From contig OZ076409.1 of NCBI GenBank assembly GCA_964187785.1, positions 17,610,001 to 17,674,000 of the forward strand: 64,000 nt of DNA. Direction: 5' to 3'. The notes under the pieces are model-generated. The model was given only the letters and a program-made list of their open reading frames with translations, was not told where the DNA came from and searched no databases. This document shows, piece after piece, positions 12,732-26,733 of this stretch. A program made the position numbers and the translations under genes. The stretch comes from Amphiscolops sp. MND2022 (Eukaryota). Numbering within the stretch: position 1 is the stretch's first letter; each line of letters opens with the position of its first letter.

Positions 12732-15700
12732 AAGTAAGTAAGTAAGTAAGTTAATTTATTTGGATGAAGTCGTACAAAAAAGATACAAAATAATGATACA
12801 TACAAATAAGTATCAATCTAAAACATCCAAAAAGGACAAGGAATGAGCATACATGCTCTTCGAGTCCTTGCCCCGAGAACCAATTATGACGAATTGAATA
12901 TAGATTTTACGTTTTACTTTAAAGCCTAGAAAAAAATTGAGTAGAGGTGTTTGTTATCAACAAGGTACAAATCAGTGAGATTTTTTGTATATTTACGCAA
13001 TTGAACCTTACTCAAAGACTCAATATTTTCCGGGAGTAAGTTCATCCACTTCAACCAATTGAATGCTTTTCGCAGAGTGTTCCCAAGTGATTTCCTTTTT
13101 ACTACAGTTCTGCAATAGGTTGAAGAAAAGAGTCCTTTTTGACTCCAGCGGGTTGTAGGTTTATTCTTTTCTGCTACTTTCTCAGGGAAAAACTTTTGTG
13201 GTGTCTCATTACGTAGTTGCTTAAACAACTCCTTGACAAGCTCTTCCATGTAAAGTTCAAAAACTGTTAGGACTTTATTTTCCAATACCAAGTTTGAAAT
13301 GGATTCAGATCGCTTTTTGAAAAAAATAGCTCGGATAATTCTTCGCTGTGCGTTTTCAATTTTTTTCAAATTTGTTTTTGCTGCTGAGCCATACACTAAG
13401 ATACCGTAGGAAATTATTGACCTGGCAAACGAATTATAGAACATGAGAAGACATTTTCTCGGATACAAGTCTCTGACACGGTAAATTAAACCACAAAATT
13501 TATTGAGTTTCTTCACAACGTAATTGATGTGTTCCCTGAATTTGAGACTTCCATCTAGATGTAGACCTAAGTATTTACATGAAGATTTGTAACATAGTTC
13601 TTCATTTAGAATAGTTATTTTTTTTCTGGTAATCCGTTGCCAAATGATATTGCTTCGCATTTACCTATATTAACTGTAAGTTTACTAGCTGTGAACCAAT
13701 CAGTGATTCTATGTAGATCTTCGTTGAGTTTCCGGTCAGTATGTTTTCCAGATTTCACAATAGTTGTGTCATCTGCAAACATCACTATTTGGCTGTCCTT
13801 CACAACTTTTTGTAGATCATTGATGTAAAGGAGGAAAAGGAAGGGGCCTAGTACACTGCCCTGGGGAACGCCAGTTTTAACACAGAGTTTTTTGGAATGA
13901 TTTCCATTTTCACAAACAAATTGGTACCGGTCACTGAGATACTTTCGGAGTATTTCTAAAATTGTTCCTCTGAAGCCATATTTCTCCAATTTGAACATAA
14001 GAATTTCATGGTCAAGTGTATCAAACGCTTTCTGTAAGTCAATAAAGCAAGCTTGTCCTTTATTTTTTGCCTCAATTTCATTTCTCATGAATTCTGTCAC
14101 AGAGTTAATAGCGTCAATGCATGATCTTTTCTCTCTGAAACCATATTGAATATGTGTTAGTATATTCTCTTTTTTGCAGAATTTGACCATACGTTTGTGC
14201 AAAAGTTTCTCGAAAATTTTTCCTAATGAACTCAAAAGACTAATTGGTCGGTAATTGGATGGATTTGTTTTATCGCCTTTTTTGTGTAGAGGAATAACTT
14301 TTGCAGTTTTGAAACACTTCGGATATGTTTTTTCTTGGATGCATTTATTAAAAGCAATTGCAATAAAACTTTCAACAATGGGAGAACAGCTTTTGATTAT
14401 TTCGTTGGTGATGCCATCTTCACCATAACTTTTTTTGCACTTCATTTCGCGTATTATCTTAGTTACCTCTGAAGCATTTGTTTGATGAACAACCATTGTT
14501 TTTTCTAACCTGTCAATATCCGTTTTAATTTGGATTTCAGGTAATTTAGATGATAACTTCGAGCCAATATTTGCAAAATATTCATTCATCACATCAAGGT
14601 CAGGAAGATTTGAAACTTGTTGTTGCCGTTTCTTCATACCTAATGTTTTGTAAATGGTTTTGGAATCCGGATTTTTATCTAGTTTTTTGAAATTATCAAT
14701 TCTTTTAGCTTCCCGTATCATATGCGTGACTTTATTACGATAGGATTTGTATTTCTTTCTATAGTCATCACACGGATTGTCAATCCACTTCTGATACAAT
14801 TGGTCTCGTTTAAGCAATGCATTTTTTATCGAATTTGTTATCCACTGATTATCACTATTATGCAAAATCGGTTGTTTCGGAGCGAACTTATCGATGCATT
14901 CCATTATTGCTTCAGACATTTGAACAATGAGGTCATCAACGGGGGAGTCCAACGATATTCTCTTAAGCTTTTGATCGAGGAGAAAAAGAAATTTCAGAGC
15001 TCCATCCCCTTTAATTGTTTTCAGATTTCTCACGGATTGTTGTTCCCTGGTTTTTTCACGCCTTCCAGTCTTCGGAAATTTTGCTGGCACGCTGTAGTCG
15101 TCACTAATTGTTGTTTTGACTGTTTCTGTCAGAATGTCATTCTGTGATATCATATGATCAATACAAGTTCTAGACTTAGGTGTGACTCGCGTTGGTTAAA
15201 AGTTTCTGAGCTGGAAATCATAAGCATTTAACAATGATACATAGTTTTCATGATCACAGTCGGTTTTTAGGGTATCAATATTGAAATCCCCAAAAATTAT
15301 CGATTCATGAATGAAAGAGTTGATGAAATGCAAAACGTGTTCAAATTTCGGGAAAAATTGGGTCAATCTCATTGTCTCTGGTCTATAGACAACGCAAACT
15401 AGCTTCACATCGTCATCACTGAATTTTATTTCCAAAATTTTGCATTCTATGTCTGTGTCAAACGCAATAGGGCTGAACTCGATACCGTTTTTCACATAAA
15501 TAGCAACTCCGCCCGACCTCCGTTTGACGTTATGTCTATGCTTTGATTCTATCGGCTGATAGCCATCAATATTGTAATCATAGAGGTCATCCTCTTCCGA
15601 AATCCATGTTTCAGCAAAAGCTAAAACTTGTGGTAGACTCGGTAAACTTTTCAAAAAGATTTGTAGTTCATCTTTATGGTACCTTAAGCACTGGATATTT

Positions 15701-15753
15701 AGTCCTAAGATTAGATTGTTTGATAGCGTCATTGTTTGGTTCTCGTTAAACAA
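12732..15753 (-). mobile_element. Non-LTR retrotransposon (LINE, CR1/L2-group), ORF2 region with 3' UTR and (CTTA)n tail
   Basis: APE+RT ORF. The 3' UTR has a hairpin at 12837-12870 and an AATAAA, followed by a microsatellite tail seen on + as AAGTAAGTAAGTAAGTAAG (12732-12750). Confidence 0.9.
12926..15753 (-). pseudogene. LINE ORF2 (AP endonuclease + reverse transcriptase), disrupted
   Basis: APE motifs NIQ, AETW, GGVAIY, GDFNID and TCIDH; RT motifs YRPISLL, DLQKAFD, GVPQGSVLGP, FADD and YLGL. There is an in-frame TAA at 15196-15198 (the frame continues PTRVTPKSRTCIDH) and a frameshift in a T-run near 13620. Confidence 0.92.
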
Positions 15754-16770
15754 AAAAATAATTGGGTTGTTTAGAGTTGATTTGGTTGACTTGAAGAATT
15801 CATAGACTGAGCAACCCTAGCTGAAAGCTGTTGTGCGCATTGATGTTCAAACACCTAAACTAAAGTTCATTAGTAATGCTGTTTAATTCTATGTAAATAT
15901 TGCTTCCGTGATGTTATTTCGTGTTTTGCTTCATCAACATGGATTCGAAAAACATTGGTATATTTTTTTAAAAGCTTCAGTGATGAATCAACCTTAAATT
16001 GAGGATCGCCTTGCGCCAAAAGTACGTGATCGAAACGATTCAAAGGCGAATATTCAGAAGGAAGTTGCTGGCCTGAGAAAGCAAATGTCTTTGCAAGGAT
16101 GGTACTCGAGAGCGGGTCATCTACAATGATTTCCCAGTTGATATGATTTCGGTATGAGAAAAACGGTATTGATAAAGATAATGAAAAAATTGAGAATTGT
16201 CAAGTCAAGGGTTTCATGAAGTTTCAACACGCAACCACGAAAAAGGTTTTTGATCTGGTCGCATTTAGATTACTCACCGAAAGAAAAAATGTACAAAATA
16301 TCAAAAAAGTACGAAAAATATCACCACAAGTAAGTTACCCCCAAATCACAAATCTCAGGAAAGTCTCCACGAAAATAGTTGTTGTTTTACAAATTTTTCA
16401 GATGTAGCACCTGCGAATTCAGAGCAAACGGCACTACTCGGCCATCTAAACGTTCAAGGTGAACAACTGCAAAGATTCAGAAGCAAAAAAAGCAAATAAC
16501 GTTGTTGCCTTGATGAAAATTTTTCATCGGAACAACTTACTTCGCTGTTGTTTTTCAAATTTCGACCGTAAACTGTACGAACTACAGTCCCCAGCAGAAT
16601 TGAAGGCAACCAAAAACGGAGTTTTCCATCGTACGGCCGAATTGAAAATGCTAGACTATAGTAGTAAACCATTTTTAAACTTCAGGCAATGAAATACATT
16701 TGAGGAACTTCTGTCAACGTTTATCCTCTCCGTGAAAGAAGAAACGAGAAGTTTTTGCTTTAACATGGGA

Positions 16771-18546
16771 TTTTTCTATACCATCCTGCCAAAAGCTATA
16801 AGTAGAAGGAAAACTGAAAAGTATTTTTTTGGTCTTAATGTTAGAGGGGTCCTCTGAGTGGAGAAAGACTTTTTTATTCAGTTGGCCTCGCAAACAGCTT
16901 CCACTATATTTTAAAGTTTTATTTTTATTTTAAAAAGGATGCCACCAAACATTTGTTCTCAAAATAAACACACCGGAATGTTAGAAGTAGTGCTAATTTC
17001 TGCTCGCTTTCAATTGTAATTCTAGAGTGAATTTTTGCATTGCAGAGACGTTTGAATTGACAAGGCAGATTTTTATAGATAGGCTGTTCGTCTTCTGCTT
17101 GTTCTTAAATCAAGGCTAATATTGCTCCAGCGAAGATAATTGTTTTTTAACTATCTGAAGAAGTTAAATATCCTGTTATTTGTGTCATAGCTGATACCAA
17201 GAAAACATGTTTAGGCTGTGTATAGTTCATTCACATTTTGTTCGTTTTGAAAAAATGTGAAAATATAGTTCGTCAACTTGAAATCAGCGAAAAAAGCTTC
17301 CAAAAACACAAAGCTCAGAATGTTCTCATTGTCTCTTTTGATTTTTTTTTCAAAATGTGAGAGCCCATTTCGCCTGCATTTTCTTATTGTTGATGGGCAG
17401 TTGGAAAATGCTTAGTTTCAGCGCGTGCCATTTTTCGACTTTTTTCGATTTTCTCAAAAACTGTCCATAAGATTCAAACGAAAATTTCTACAGTTATTCT
17501 ACACCATATTAGAGTCCTATATGTGCAATGGTATCAAAATCGTATGGCTGGGATGTGAGAAACATAGCCAAATTTAGCCCAAAAATGGCCAAAAAACAGT
17601 CATTTTTCGATTTTTTTTGATTTTCTCAAAAACTGTCCATACGATTCGAACGAAATTTTCTACAGTCATTCTACACCATATTATGGTCCTTTATGTGCAA
17701 TTTCATTAAATTCGTATGGCTGGGATGCGAGAAATATAGCCAAATTTAGCCCAAAAATGGCCAAAAAAACAGTCATTTTTCGATTTTTTCGATTTTCTCA
17801 CAAACTGTTCATACGGTTCGAACGAAAGCGAGTCAGAAGAAAAAAGACTTAAGCCGACTCCTTCACCGCATATGCGGCTCTGGTTTCTATACCATCCTGC
17901 CAAAAGCTATTAGTAGAAGGAAAACTGAAAAGTATTTTTCTTTGGTCTTAATGTTAAAGGGGTCTTCTGAGTGGAGAAAGACCTTTTTTATTCAGTTGGC
18001 CTGGCAAACAGCTTCCACTGTTTTTTGAAGTTTTAATTTTTTTAAAAAGGATGCCGCCAAACATTTGTTCTCAAAAGATTCACACCAGAATGTTAGAAGT
18101 AGTGCTCATTTCTGCTCGCTGTCAATTGAAACTCTAGAGTGAATTTTTGCATTGCAAAGACGTTTGAATTGACAAGGCAGATGTTTATAGATAGGCTGTT
18201 CTGTTCGTCTTCTGCTTGTTCTTAAATCGAGACCAATATTGCTCCAGCGAAGATAATTATTTTTTAACTATCTGAAGAAGTTAAATATCCTGTTATTTGT
18301 CTCATAGCTGATACTAAGAAAACATGTTTAGGCTGTGTATTGTTCATTCACATTTTAGTTCGTTTTGAAAAATTATGAAAATATAGTTCGTCAACTTGAA
18401 ATCAGCGAAAAAAGCTTCCAAAAATACAATGCTCAGAAAGTTCTCATTGTCTCTTTTTTGATTTTTTTTCAAAATGTGAGAGCCCAATTCTCCTGCATTT
18501 TCTATTGTTCATGGGCAGTTGGAACATGGTTAGTTTCAGCGCGTGC
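16771..18546 (+). repeat. Direct duplication of a ~660-bp segment (16771-17429 and 17884-18546) flanking a Helitron-like piece that has an internal ~175-bp duplication
   Basis: Both copies run from TTTCTATACCATCCTGCCAAAAGC to GTTTCAGCGCGTGC. The intervening piece ends with the palindrome CCGCATATGCGG followed by CTCTGGT. Confidence 0.8.
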
Positions 18547-21250
18547 TGGAACTTTTCGAAAATTTCAGCAGCGTGTTGTGCGCGTGAAAAAATCGGTGGC
18601 AACCTCGTCTTTGGTTGCATTTTCTTGAAAAACATTCATTGCGCATCACTTCAATTCTTCTGTTTCCGAGTACCAAAGTGTCCTGCGAAGGTACTTGTTT
18701 TTGAATTGTTTTTGAGCAGCTTTGCCCGAGGATAAGTATAGTATACGAAGAATCTTTTCATTTGCAGGATGTTGGTCTTGGTATCCCATGAGCGTCCGAA
18801 CCCTGGGATGTGCCTCATCTACCTTTATGATGGATTCTGAGACAGAAATGGAATATTTAACCGTCGTGACTACTTGTAAATCGAAGCGGCATGTTTATAG
18901 ACATACTCGAACCAAAGCAGCTGTGATTTTTGGTGTCTTTGTTGAATTCGGAGTTGCAAAGATACGGACAGCTCAACTGATGATGATTGACATGTTTTGT
19001 TTTCTTTTGAGACTTCTACGAGGTGAACAAAAAACAGCATACAAAATACTCACTCTTCAAAACAAATATTTGTGAACAAGACACTGAAAATCTTTTTCTC
19101 TCTCTATCAATCATCCTCTCACTACAAAATCAAATCTGAAAAACAAAATGATCCGAACCTTCAGAAAACATCTAAACATCTTTACCAGTCACTTCATTCA
19201 CACTTTTGATGAGTGGACACTTATTTGCTTCGAAGAAAAGATGTCGAATTGAATGACTAACGACTTGAACTTTAATGTCCAGAGTTGTTGTGAAACATAT
19301 GTTGACACACATTTGAAACTTTGAGAGCTCAAACATTTTCAAGCGTTCCGTTTGTTCGATCCGCGGTTTTGAGTATTATTGATTCCAACGGATTTAGTAG
19401 GAGTTTAGAAACTTCTAGTCCCGTTTTATTGGACCGGTTCAGGTTCTTCGATTTCATCCTCTTCATTCATGGGCCTTAGAAGTTTCAACAGTTCCTTCTG
19501 GGATTCTACAAGTAGACTTTTGATTTCAGATGTAGTCTACTCTCTTTCTCAAAAACGTTCTAGTCTTCTCCAACTCATTGTTTTCGATTCTGAGGGTCTT
19601 TGTACAAGGCGGATTCTTCGAGATATGAGCCAATCGTCATCACACTTCATACTATCATTCCAACCCGTGGAGTTTTCCACTTCTTTTAAGCAGAAAAACG
19701 ATTTTTTTTGTTTCATCAAACAGGAAATTCTTCCCAGATTTTTAGCAGGACTTCCTTTATCGCTACTTGGATTGGATGGGAAACGACGCAGAGATAACTT
19801 GGGCTTGAACAAGTAATATTCAAATCTTGATTTCCAAATAAGAATGAATACTGAATGAAATTTTTTATGATGCTCGGAAAAGAACCTCGACATCTAAAAT
19901 TTGAATTTGAATAGTCCACTTAGGTAATTGAGCAACTGTTAACATATAACAATGAATAGCACTTGTGGACTGACACCAAAATTCTTCAACGACGCATTAA
20001 CCTCTCTAAATATATAAACTTGGGCAAACTGGCAGAAATAAGCAGATATTATGTACAAAACAATTGTTTTTATCAATCGGTATACGTGATACAATGACAG
20101 TAAAATAGTACGTGTTAAAAAGGTCTTGGAGAAAATCGTTCCGAAGGTTTCGCTCAAAATTTATTCAAGTGTGATGAACATGAGTATGAAATGTGGCTAG
20201 GTTTTCTAAATCATACTAGAACACCAAAAATTCAAGTTGCTCCAGCGAATCATGGCCTACTTTTTCGGTTGTATTAAAATTTTTGGTTTATTACTAAAGG
20301 ACGTTTCATGCATCTAAATCGTACAAATTGCTTTTCGAATTGCATTTGAGCTGCTTTTTTCAGAAAGGCGTAATGCTTTGTTGTCCAAACTTCATGTATT
20401 TTCTATTTTACCTAGAGCTACGAATATTTCCTGAAGTGATTTTCAGGTGTGTCTTCATGTGGGAAATAGTTTTGTAATCGATGTAATTGAGACGTCTTAG
20501 CAGGAACGCGTGAAATTCTTTCACCTTTTCTGTTTTGGTTTTTGTTCATTTCTCAGATTTCCAGATTTTGGCTAGTTGCATATTCTTTTTCAGTTAATTT
20601 ACTGTCTTTTGTCGGCGCTTTTCCTTGGAAAATTATCCGACTATTACATAGGTAGTTTTTTTCAGTTAACTTTGAATGGTCCTCGTTTTCGTTCACTCTT
20701 TCAAGTTCTTAGTCGAAAGGTTAACTCGGTTTTCTAGAGTCTCAGAAGGAGGAGAGAGTGGGTTCGATTCTCGCACTGAACGAATTTTTAAGCTTCCAGA
20801 AGTGGAGGCGACATCAAAGGGTACTATGCTACTTTGTTCCGAATATAACGTTTCCAAAGTTCGGAAATACAGTTTCAACTTTCGGATGTAACGTTTTGAA
20901 AGTTAGGATATTACTCTTTGAAAGTTCGGATATAACGTTTCAATGTTCTGATATAACGTTTTTATTTCTCGAATACATAATCAATTTTTCCTCCGAGAAG
21001 AAGTTTCGCATAATTTGCGTCCAACTTTATACTTTAGGGACAGGTTTTCAGTTCTATAAAGCGTTTTTGGATGTACAAAAAACCTTTCTGCACCGCGTGC
21101 TACCAAAGTCACCTTTTGTTTGGTGCCCGGGGACTCTTTTGTTTGTACCTTGAGCGATGCGCCGACTTGGAGCTTAGAAATTTCGTTGCGCAACCTTGTC
21201 CGCGCCTGATTCCCACTCGCCTGCACCCGCAATCCAGTACACTCGCGGAC

Positions 21251-22367
21251 TGTCACACAGTTTTTTATGGTTCATCCATCTAGTAACTGATAAATGAAAA
21301 GTCATCCCGAATAGAATGAAGCTATTGATTGACGACATACACCTGTCGTCAAGATTCTTAAACTCAATTTCATGTAATCTAGCATATCATAATTTATTTT
21401 TATTTTCAAGAAGAAACGACTGGCCTAAATAGTCGTCATCCATTCAACATTTACATGGAGTTTAATATGCTTCAAATCCTTGACCACGTAGTTATTAGAA
21501 CGTCGATTTGTGCATTTAGTAATCAGTTCACCCCTCATTTGCAAAAGTAGTGTAATCATGATAACAACCAAGAACTTCAGTCGACATTGGTATTTGGATC
21601 ATCGTTTTCTACATTAAGTAACGTATTACCAATTATGTCAAAGGTCTGTAACCATGGTTACGACTACAATCCCTAGTCTTCAATTAGTACGTGCTGTGAC
21701 AGTTAACGATAATAATATACACCAGTGCGATAGCAGGTGCGAAAGTGCAATTATGTTGATTAGCAATGACTGAAGTATCCAGTCGTACTTTAGATCATGA
21801 TGTGTTATTTGGCAGTTAAACTGTCTACAAGTGAAAAAGACGCACTCAATCAGGTATTACTAACGCGCATATAAAGATTTGAAGTAAGAATTGCGTGATA
21901 GTTTTTGATCAGTACAGATTTTAAAATCTTGACGTTCAGACGTACTAGTCGTGTTCTGCATTCTATCAAAATGATACTCAAACCAATCATTATTGTCTTA
22001 TATTAAACCTTCAGGAAAATTCAACTATAAAACTAAACAAGTTTCTCTCCATGGTAATCACAATAGCACAGTCTCATAGAAATAACAGACTCACTCGATA
22101 AGGTCGAAAAGGAAGTGTTTAGTGATGACGATAGCAATACTAGTATTCCCGACCTTTATTCAGGAAACCACTTTACAGAAACAACAACCAAGCTATCCGA
22201 ACTCATGAAAGAGATCAAGAGAGAATTAGGACAGAACAGAGATTTATGGACATGAATCGTCAAATTGGAGAATTGGTATGCATTGTAAAAGCCCTTACTG
22301 AAAAGAAGTCTAACAGTAGGGAAGAGAATTGTCAATACACATCGAAAACGATCTTTTTAATGTTACA
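21251..22367 (+). mobile_element. Degenerate solo LTR related to the Gypsy LTR at 57254-58375
   Basis: It begins TGTCA and plausibly ends ..GTTACA (1117 bp versus 1122 bp). The ATG at 22051 opens a decayed ORF (MVITIAQS..; SDDDSNTSIPDLYS; MNRQIGELVCIVKALTE) homologous to the 57231-57575 ORF (MVTTRSQS..; SDNESESSFPDILS; INRQIGDLTSIVLTLTN). No clean TSD is visible. Confidence 0.7.
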
Positions 22368-23185
22368 GAAACACTCTAAAGCATTACAAGCCTCAACAAA
22401 GGATAGCTAGAAGTATAAATCTAGAGAATCGTATTTTTTCATTCGGCGTTTTCCAAATAGTGGGCAAAACAGGTGGTGAGCCACCAAAATTCTGCCTTCC
22501 GGAGTTTTCTTCTTTGATTAGCAGAGTGATATTCCTAACCCAAATATTGTTCAAATTTTCAACTTCTAAGAACAACTGGAGTTGTTGTAATAACAAGTCG
22601 ATTTAAAAGTCAATAAAGTCAACTTTCAATACGAATAACTTTCATGATATGTCTGAAACGCAAAAAAAACCCGCAAGAATCACTACCTCCTTAAAATAAG
22701 TAAAAAGTTAATAGGTCAGCTAAAAGTCATTTTTCCAGTAAACTTTCACCGAAAAATTCAAGTGCGGTATGATTTTTGTATTTGGTTAGGCACCTGTTAG
22801 CAGACTGGCCGTGTGTCCTCTTTTGTTTACTTTATCAGCGTTGTATTTGCTTGGGCGCTTGTCAGCAGACTGGCCGTGTGTGTTTACTTTATATTACGTG
22901 AACACGTTTGAATAGTTCAATTGGGCAGAAATTGTCGTCGGAAAGCAAATTCGTGCAAAAGTTACTGAACTGGCGAATAAGATTAAGACAGTGCGGTCTG
23001 CTACTGAAGAGAAATAGTTACTTTCCGCCCACATATAATGGGGGAGGAAAATCATAATCTGCCTTGCGTATTTTTCCAAATTCTGCCATATCCCCACGAC
23101 CTCCATCCACTCCACTTGACTTTTTTAGATACATGACTATTTCAGTACCTTGTTCATGTAACTCTGTGATTTACTATTTGAAGTA

Positions 23186-23308
23186 CGATAGCTCTGTTGG
23201 TAGTGCATTCGCCAATCGATCAGTAGGTTGTTGGGTCGAATCTCGGATCCGCCTGATTTTTTTTGACAAGGCGGAAAATATCCCTGTGTTTAGCGGGCGT
23301 CTTCTTTT
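23186..23308 (+). repeat. tRNA-derived SINE-like head joined to a hairpin-type repeat end
   Basis: A-box-like TAGCTCTGTTGG and B-box-like GGGTCGAATC, followed by GCGGAAAATATCCC..AGCGGGCGTCTT, which is also present at ~34127-34162 and ~34336-34370. Confidence 0.45.
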
Positions 23309-25225
23309 TAATTATGGGTGTCTTGGATGGTAAGAAATCAGCAATTTATATAAAAACAAGAGACCTTTAGAACCTTCTCCCGTTGATTGATAGTTTTTGA
23401 TAACCATTTCACAAACAAAATTTAACTGCATTACTTATGACTAGAACTACCTTTCGTTTCCCCCGGTAAAGTTTTTCCCAGAAGTTGAAGTTGGGGGCTG
23501 GTACTTTTGTATTGGACTGATGGTGAACTTATACAAAACGAAGAATCCAAAAAACTTTATAATTGGTATTATGGTGAATTCATGCGAAACGGAGAATCCA
23601 CGAAATTTTAGTGGTTTTAATAGGTGACCTAATTAGTGAAGAATCCTCGCAAAATAAAAATTGCTAATAATTGCTAAGCAATTATTGCTCAGTGAAGAAC
23701 CCACACAATTTCAAGAATTCAGGAAAACAGTGAAAGTTTGCTTTTGGCCATTCTTCGCAAGTTACACACGGTGTTAGTGCAAGAATCCAGAAAATTGTTT
23801 TACTCCACTTTTCTCAATTCTTGAAACGCATGAATTTTAATACAGTTGAAGAATCCACATAAAACGCCATCAGATTTGTAGCAGTCACTGTTTTTCTTCG
23901 ATTGGCGTCGTAATGTTGTATCAGGGCATTTGCTAATACAATTTGAGAATACCCTCTGCACTGTGAACGAAGCGTGGAGCACATCGTTCAATGACTTTTG
24001 TAGCTGACCCTGTGGAAATTTGCCAAAACCTTTTCAAGCGGCTCGAAAACCCGGGGGCAAAAACACTTAGGAACATGGATCGCACTGATATTTCTCCTGC
24101 ACTTTGCTTACGACTGCAAAGCATCCAATCAAGCTGAGCTGCGGTAGAACGAAATTTCTCACTGCTTTAAAGTGTGCTCAGGAAAAACGGAAACTTTTCG
24201 GGTTCCAACGTTGAGAAATACATACTATTGTTTTACAATTGCAAAGCTTAATTCAAGCTTCTACTACTTTGTTTTTAGGTGAAGTCTATAGGTCAATTTT
24301 TCAAAAGTCTTCAATTATGGAATTTATAAAGCCCTTATTATAACAAGATCGTGATTCGATGGCATTTCTATTCGCAACAAAAAAGCGCCTAGGCTATCTA
24401 TTGGTGGACGGGAAGATCACAAAGCCTGGTATTCAATGACGACCTAAAGGTGTTCTAAATCCTGGTAACTCAGAAATTGTTGGTGTTTAAAGCTATGATG
24501 TTCAAATGAGAGAGTCGTCGTGAATTAGAATCGATGAAAAACCATTCGCTTACAATATTTGTCGGAAGTATCTACACTTTTGACAAAACATTAAATGATG
24601 AAGAGTTCTTCTTTGTTGACTTGGTACTGAGAACTTTTCAAATGTTTCTGACGAGACGATTTTTTGCTTATCGGGGATTTATATATGGCACCAGTCAAAT
24701 AATCGATCAAGTTTAACTAACCTGTAACCACAGCCTACCTAACGCTAAAAAGAGCAAACACTTCAAGAAAAACCTTCTGAGAGAATGTTGCACGGTCCTC
24801 TTTCGGACCAAATGGAGACCTTTTTGCCTTTTCGATTCGAAAAGATCTTAAGTGTACACTACAATTTGCAAGCAGATTGAAAGTTTTTAATTGAAATTAT
24901 TGAACGCAATTATTGATATAGGTCTCTATTTCATTTAACGCCGACTAAAGACAAAAAATTAATTTCAATCGAGAGAAGTTTGAATCGATAACAGGTGTCT
25001 TTTTCGAATAGTTTTTGAAATATGAAATGATGAGCGACTTTGAAGTAACGTTTCGTCGTTTTTGTTGCTCAATTCGGTCAAAGGAATCAAAAAGTTAACA
25101 GAAATCTGAATTCTAGAGAGGGCCAGCATGTCCCCACTGTCGTTCTTCGACAATTTTTTTTGAACATTGAAACTCCATGCACAATTTTTGACACTGTGTG
25201 ATTTCTTTCAAAGCAATATTGCTTT

Positions 25226-26733
25226 CCCGGGTTCACCCTCTTACTAGCATCTTGATTGTGAAAAAATAATATACCTTCGGTACAAGCACCGAGACTCAAT
25301 CTAAAGGGTCATTTCACCCTACAACGACTATTTCTACTCGTTTTCTTAATTAAAATGCTTCAACCCGCTGAAATAAATTTACATGCAAAATTGTGCGAAA
25401 AATTATGATAACGTATTCTGGCTTCCGAAAGTCTGACAAAAATCCGAATAATTCCTCACCTGTTTAAGAGTGAGAAAAGCGAATGTACCAAATGAACGTT
25501 CATTTCAAGGACTTTTGAAATCTTGTAATTCATCACTCCTGTCGATTCCAGAGACGGAGAAAAATGGTCTCAAACCTCCAAAGCCACTATCGGAAAGTTA
25601 AACAGGAAACACTAAGAAATCCGGAAAATTTTTGGTATATCATATCTCTGTCTTTCTTTGAGCCTCTTTCAGCAGCCCTATTACTGCTGCAAACGGCGGT
25701 CATTGCATGGATTGGATAATGATGCAGCTCGAGGCTTTTCTGACGACGTTACTGCCGACAGTTTTTCTATTCATAGAACAATTTAAGTATCCCTAAATAA
25801 ACGGTGTACGTTCATTTCACCCCAAAATCATTTCACCCCATATTATTTCACCCCATATCATTTCACCCCACGTTCATTTCACCCTACGTTCATTTCACCC
25901 CACATTCATTTCACCCCACGTTCATTTCACGCCACTTTCATTTCACGCCATATTGTAATTATACAAAAGCGTCTCACGTTAATTAGCCAATCAACAATTA
26001 AACTTTGACGCCACTGTCTTTAAGCTAGCTTTGAGGTTTCTGGCCTGTAGGAAATTTTCTGCCGTAGGAAAACGGAATAGGAATTTTTTGCTGAAGATTC
26101 GCAGCATCCATAGTTGTAGATTTTGATTGATTTGATAATTTTTCTGAGCTCCTTGTTCTGAAGTATTACAATTCCGATAAGTGAAACTTTTCGGTTCGAT
26201 TTTGTGGTTCACATAGCAAGCATCGTTTGCTTATCTAATTGGTAATTAGATCCAAGACGCTTTTTTATTAGCGCTAAGATTGAAATTGGGTGGCAATAGT
26301 CATTTATCTGAGACGCATTTGATAATTTAAGTGTGGGGTGAAATGAACGTGGGGTGGAATGAACTCGGGGTGAAATGAACGTGGGGTGAAATGAACGTGG
26401 GGTGAAATGAACGTGGGGTGAAATGATATGGGGTGAAATGATATGGGGTGAAATGATACTGAACCAAATAAACAACATGAGAACTCTTCAATCAAATTTT
26501 GAACCTTGCGAAAGTTAACAATATAAATCTACATTTTGTTGACTTCCTTTCAGATTTTTTTTCTGGCCAAATAGGATTTTTCATTGAAATTTTGCTTGGG
26601 AACATGGCTCTCTTGATAAGATCTTACCATGATATCTTGCAATTCTTGGCAATATCTTGGCAAGATCTTAGCTAAGATTTTTTCAAGATCTTGCCAAGAT
26701 CTTACTAAGATATTCATGGAGGATCGACCCGGG
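25226..26733 (-). mobile_element. Non-autonomous TIR transposon (CCC...GGG termini, 2-bp TSD; CACTA/EnSpm-like), copy 1
   Basis: Termini CCCGGGTTCACCCTC ... GAGGATCGACCCGGG are flanked by TT/TT. It has CAAGATCTTG subterminal repeats and is colinear (inverted) with 40001-40115 + 54691-55575. Confidence 0.85.
25803..26465. mobile_element. Foldback-type MITE with inverted arrays of a 15-16 bp repeat and an 8-bp TSD
   Basis: (TCATTTCACCCCACGT)n lies at the left and its reverse complement at the right. Termini are GGT...ACC and the TSD is AAATAAAC (25795-25802, 26466-26473). It is absent from the second copy of the host element (~54865). Confidence 0.9.

Noticed and set aside
19330..19920. Possible host exons or ORFs on the minus strand
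   Set aside because: Multiple stops and shifts with no coherent splice model; at most a decayed retroelement remnant.
25804..26495. ORFs with ISPH/SFHP repeats
   Set aside because: These are translations of the MITE minisatellite arms.
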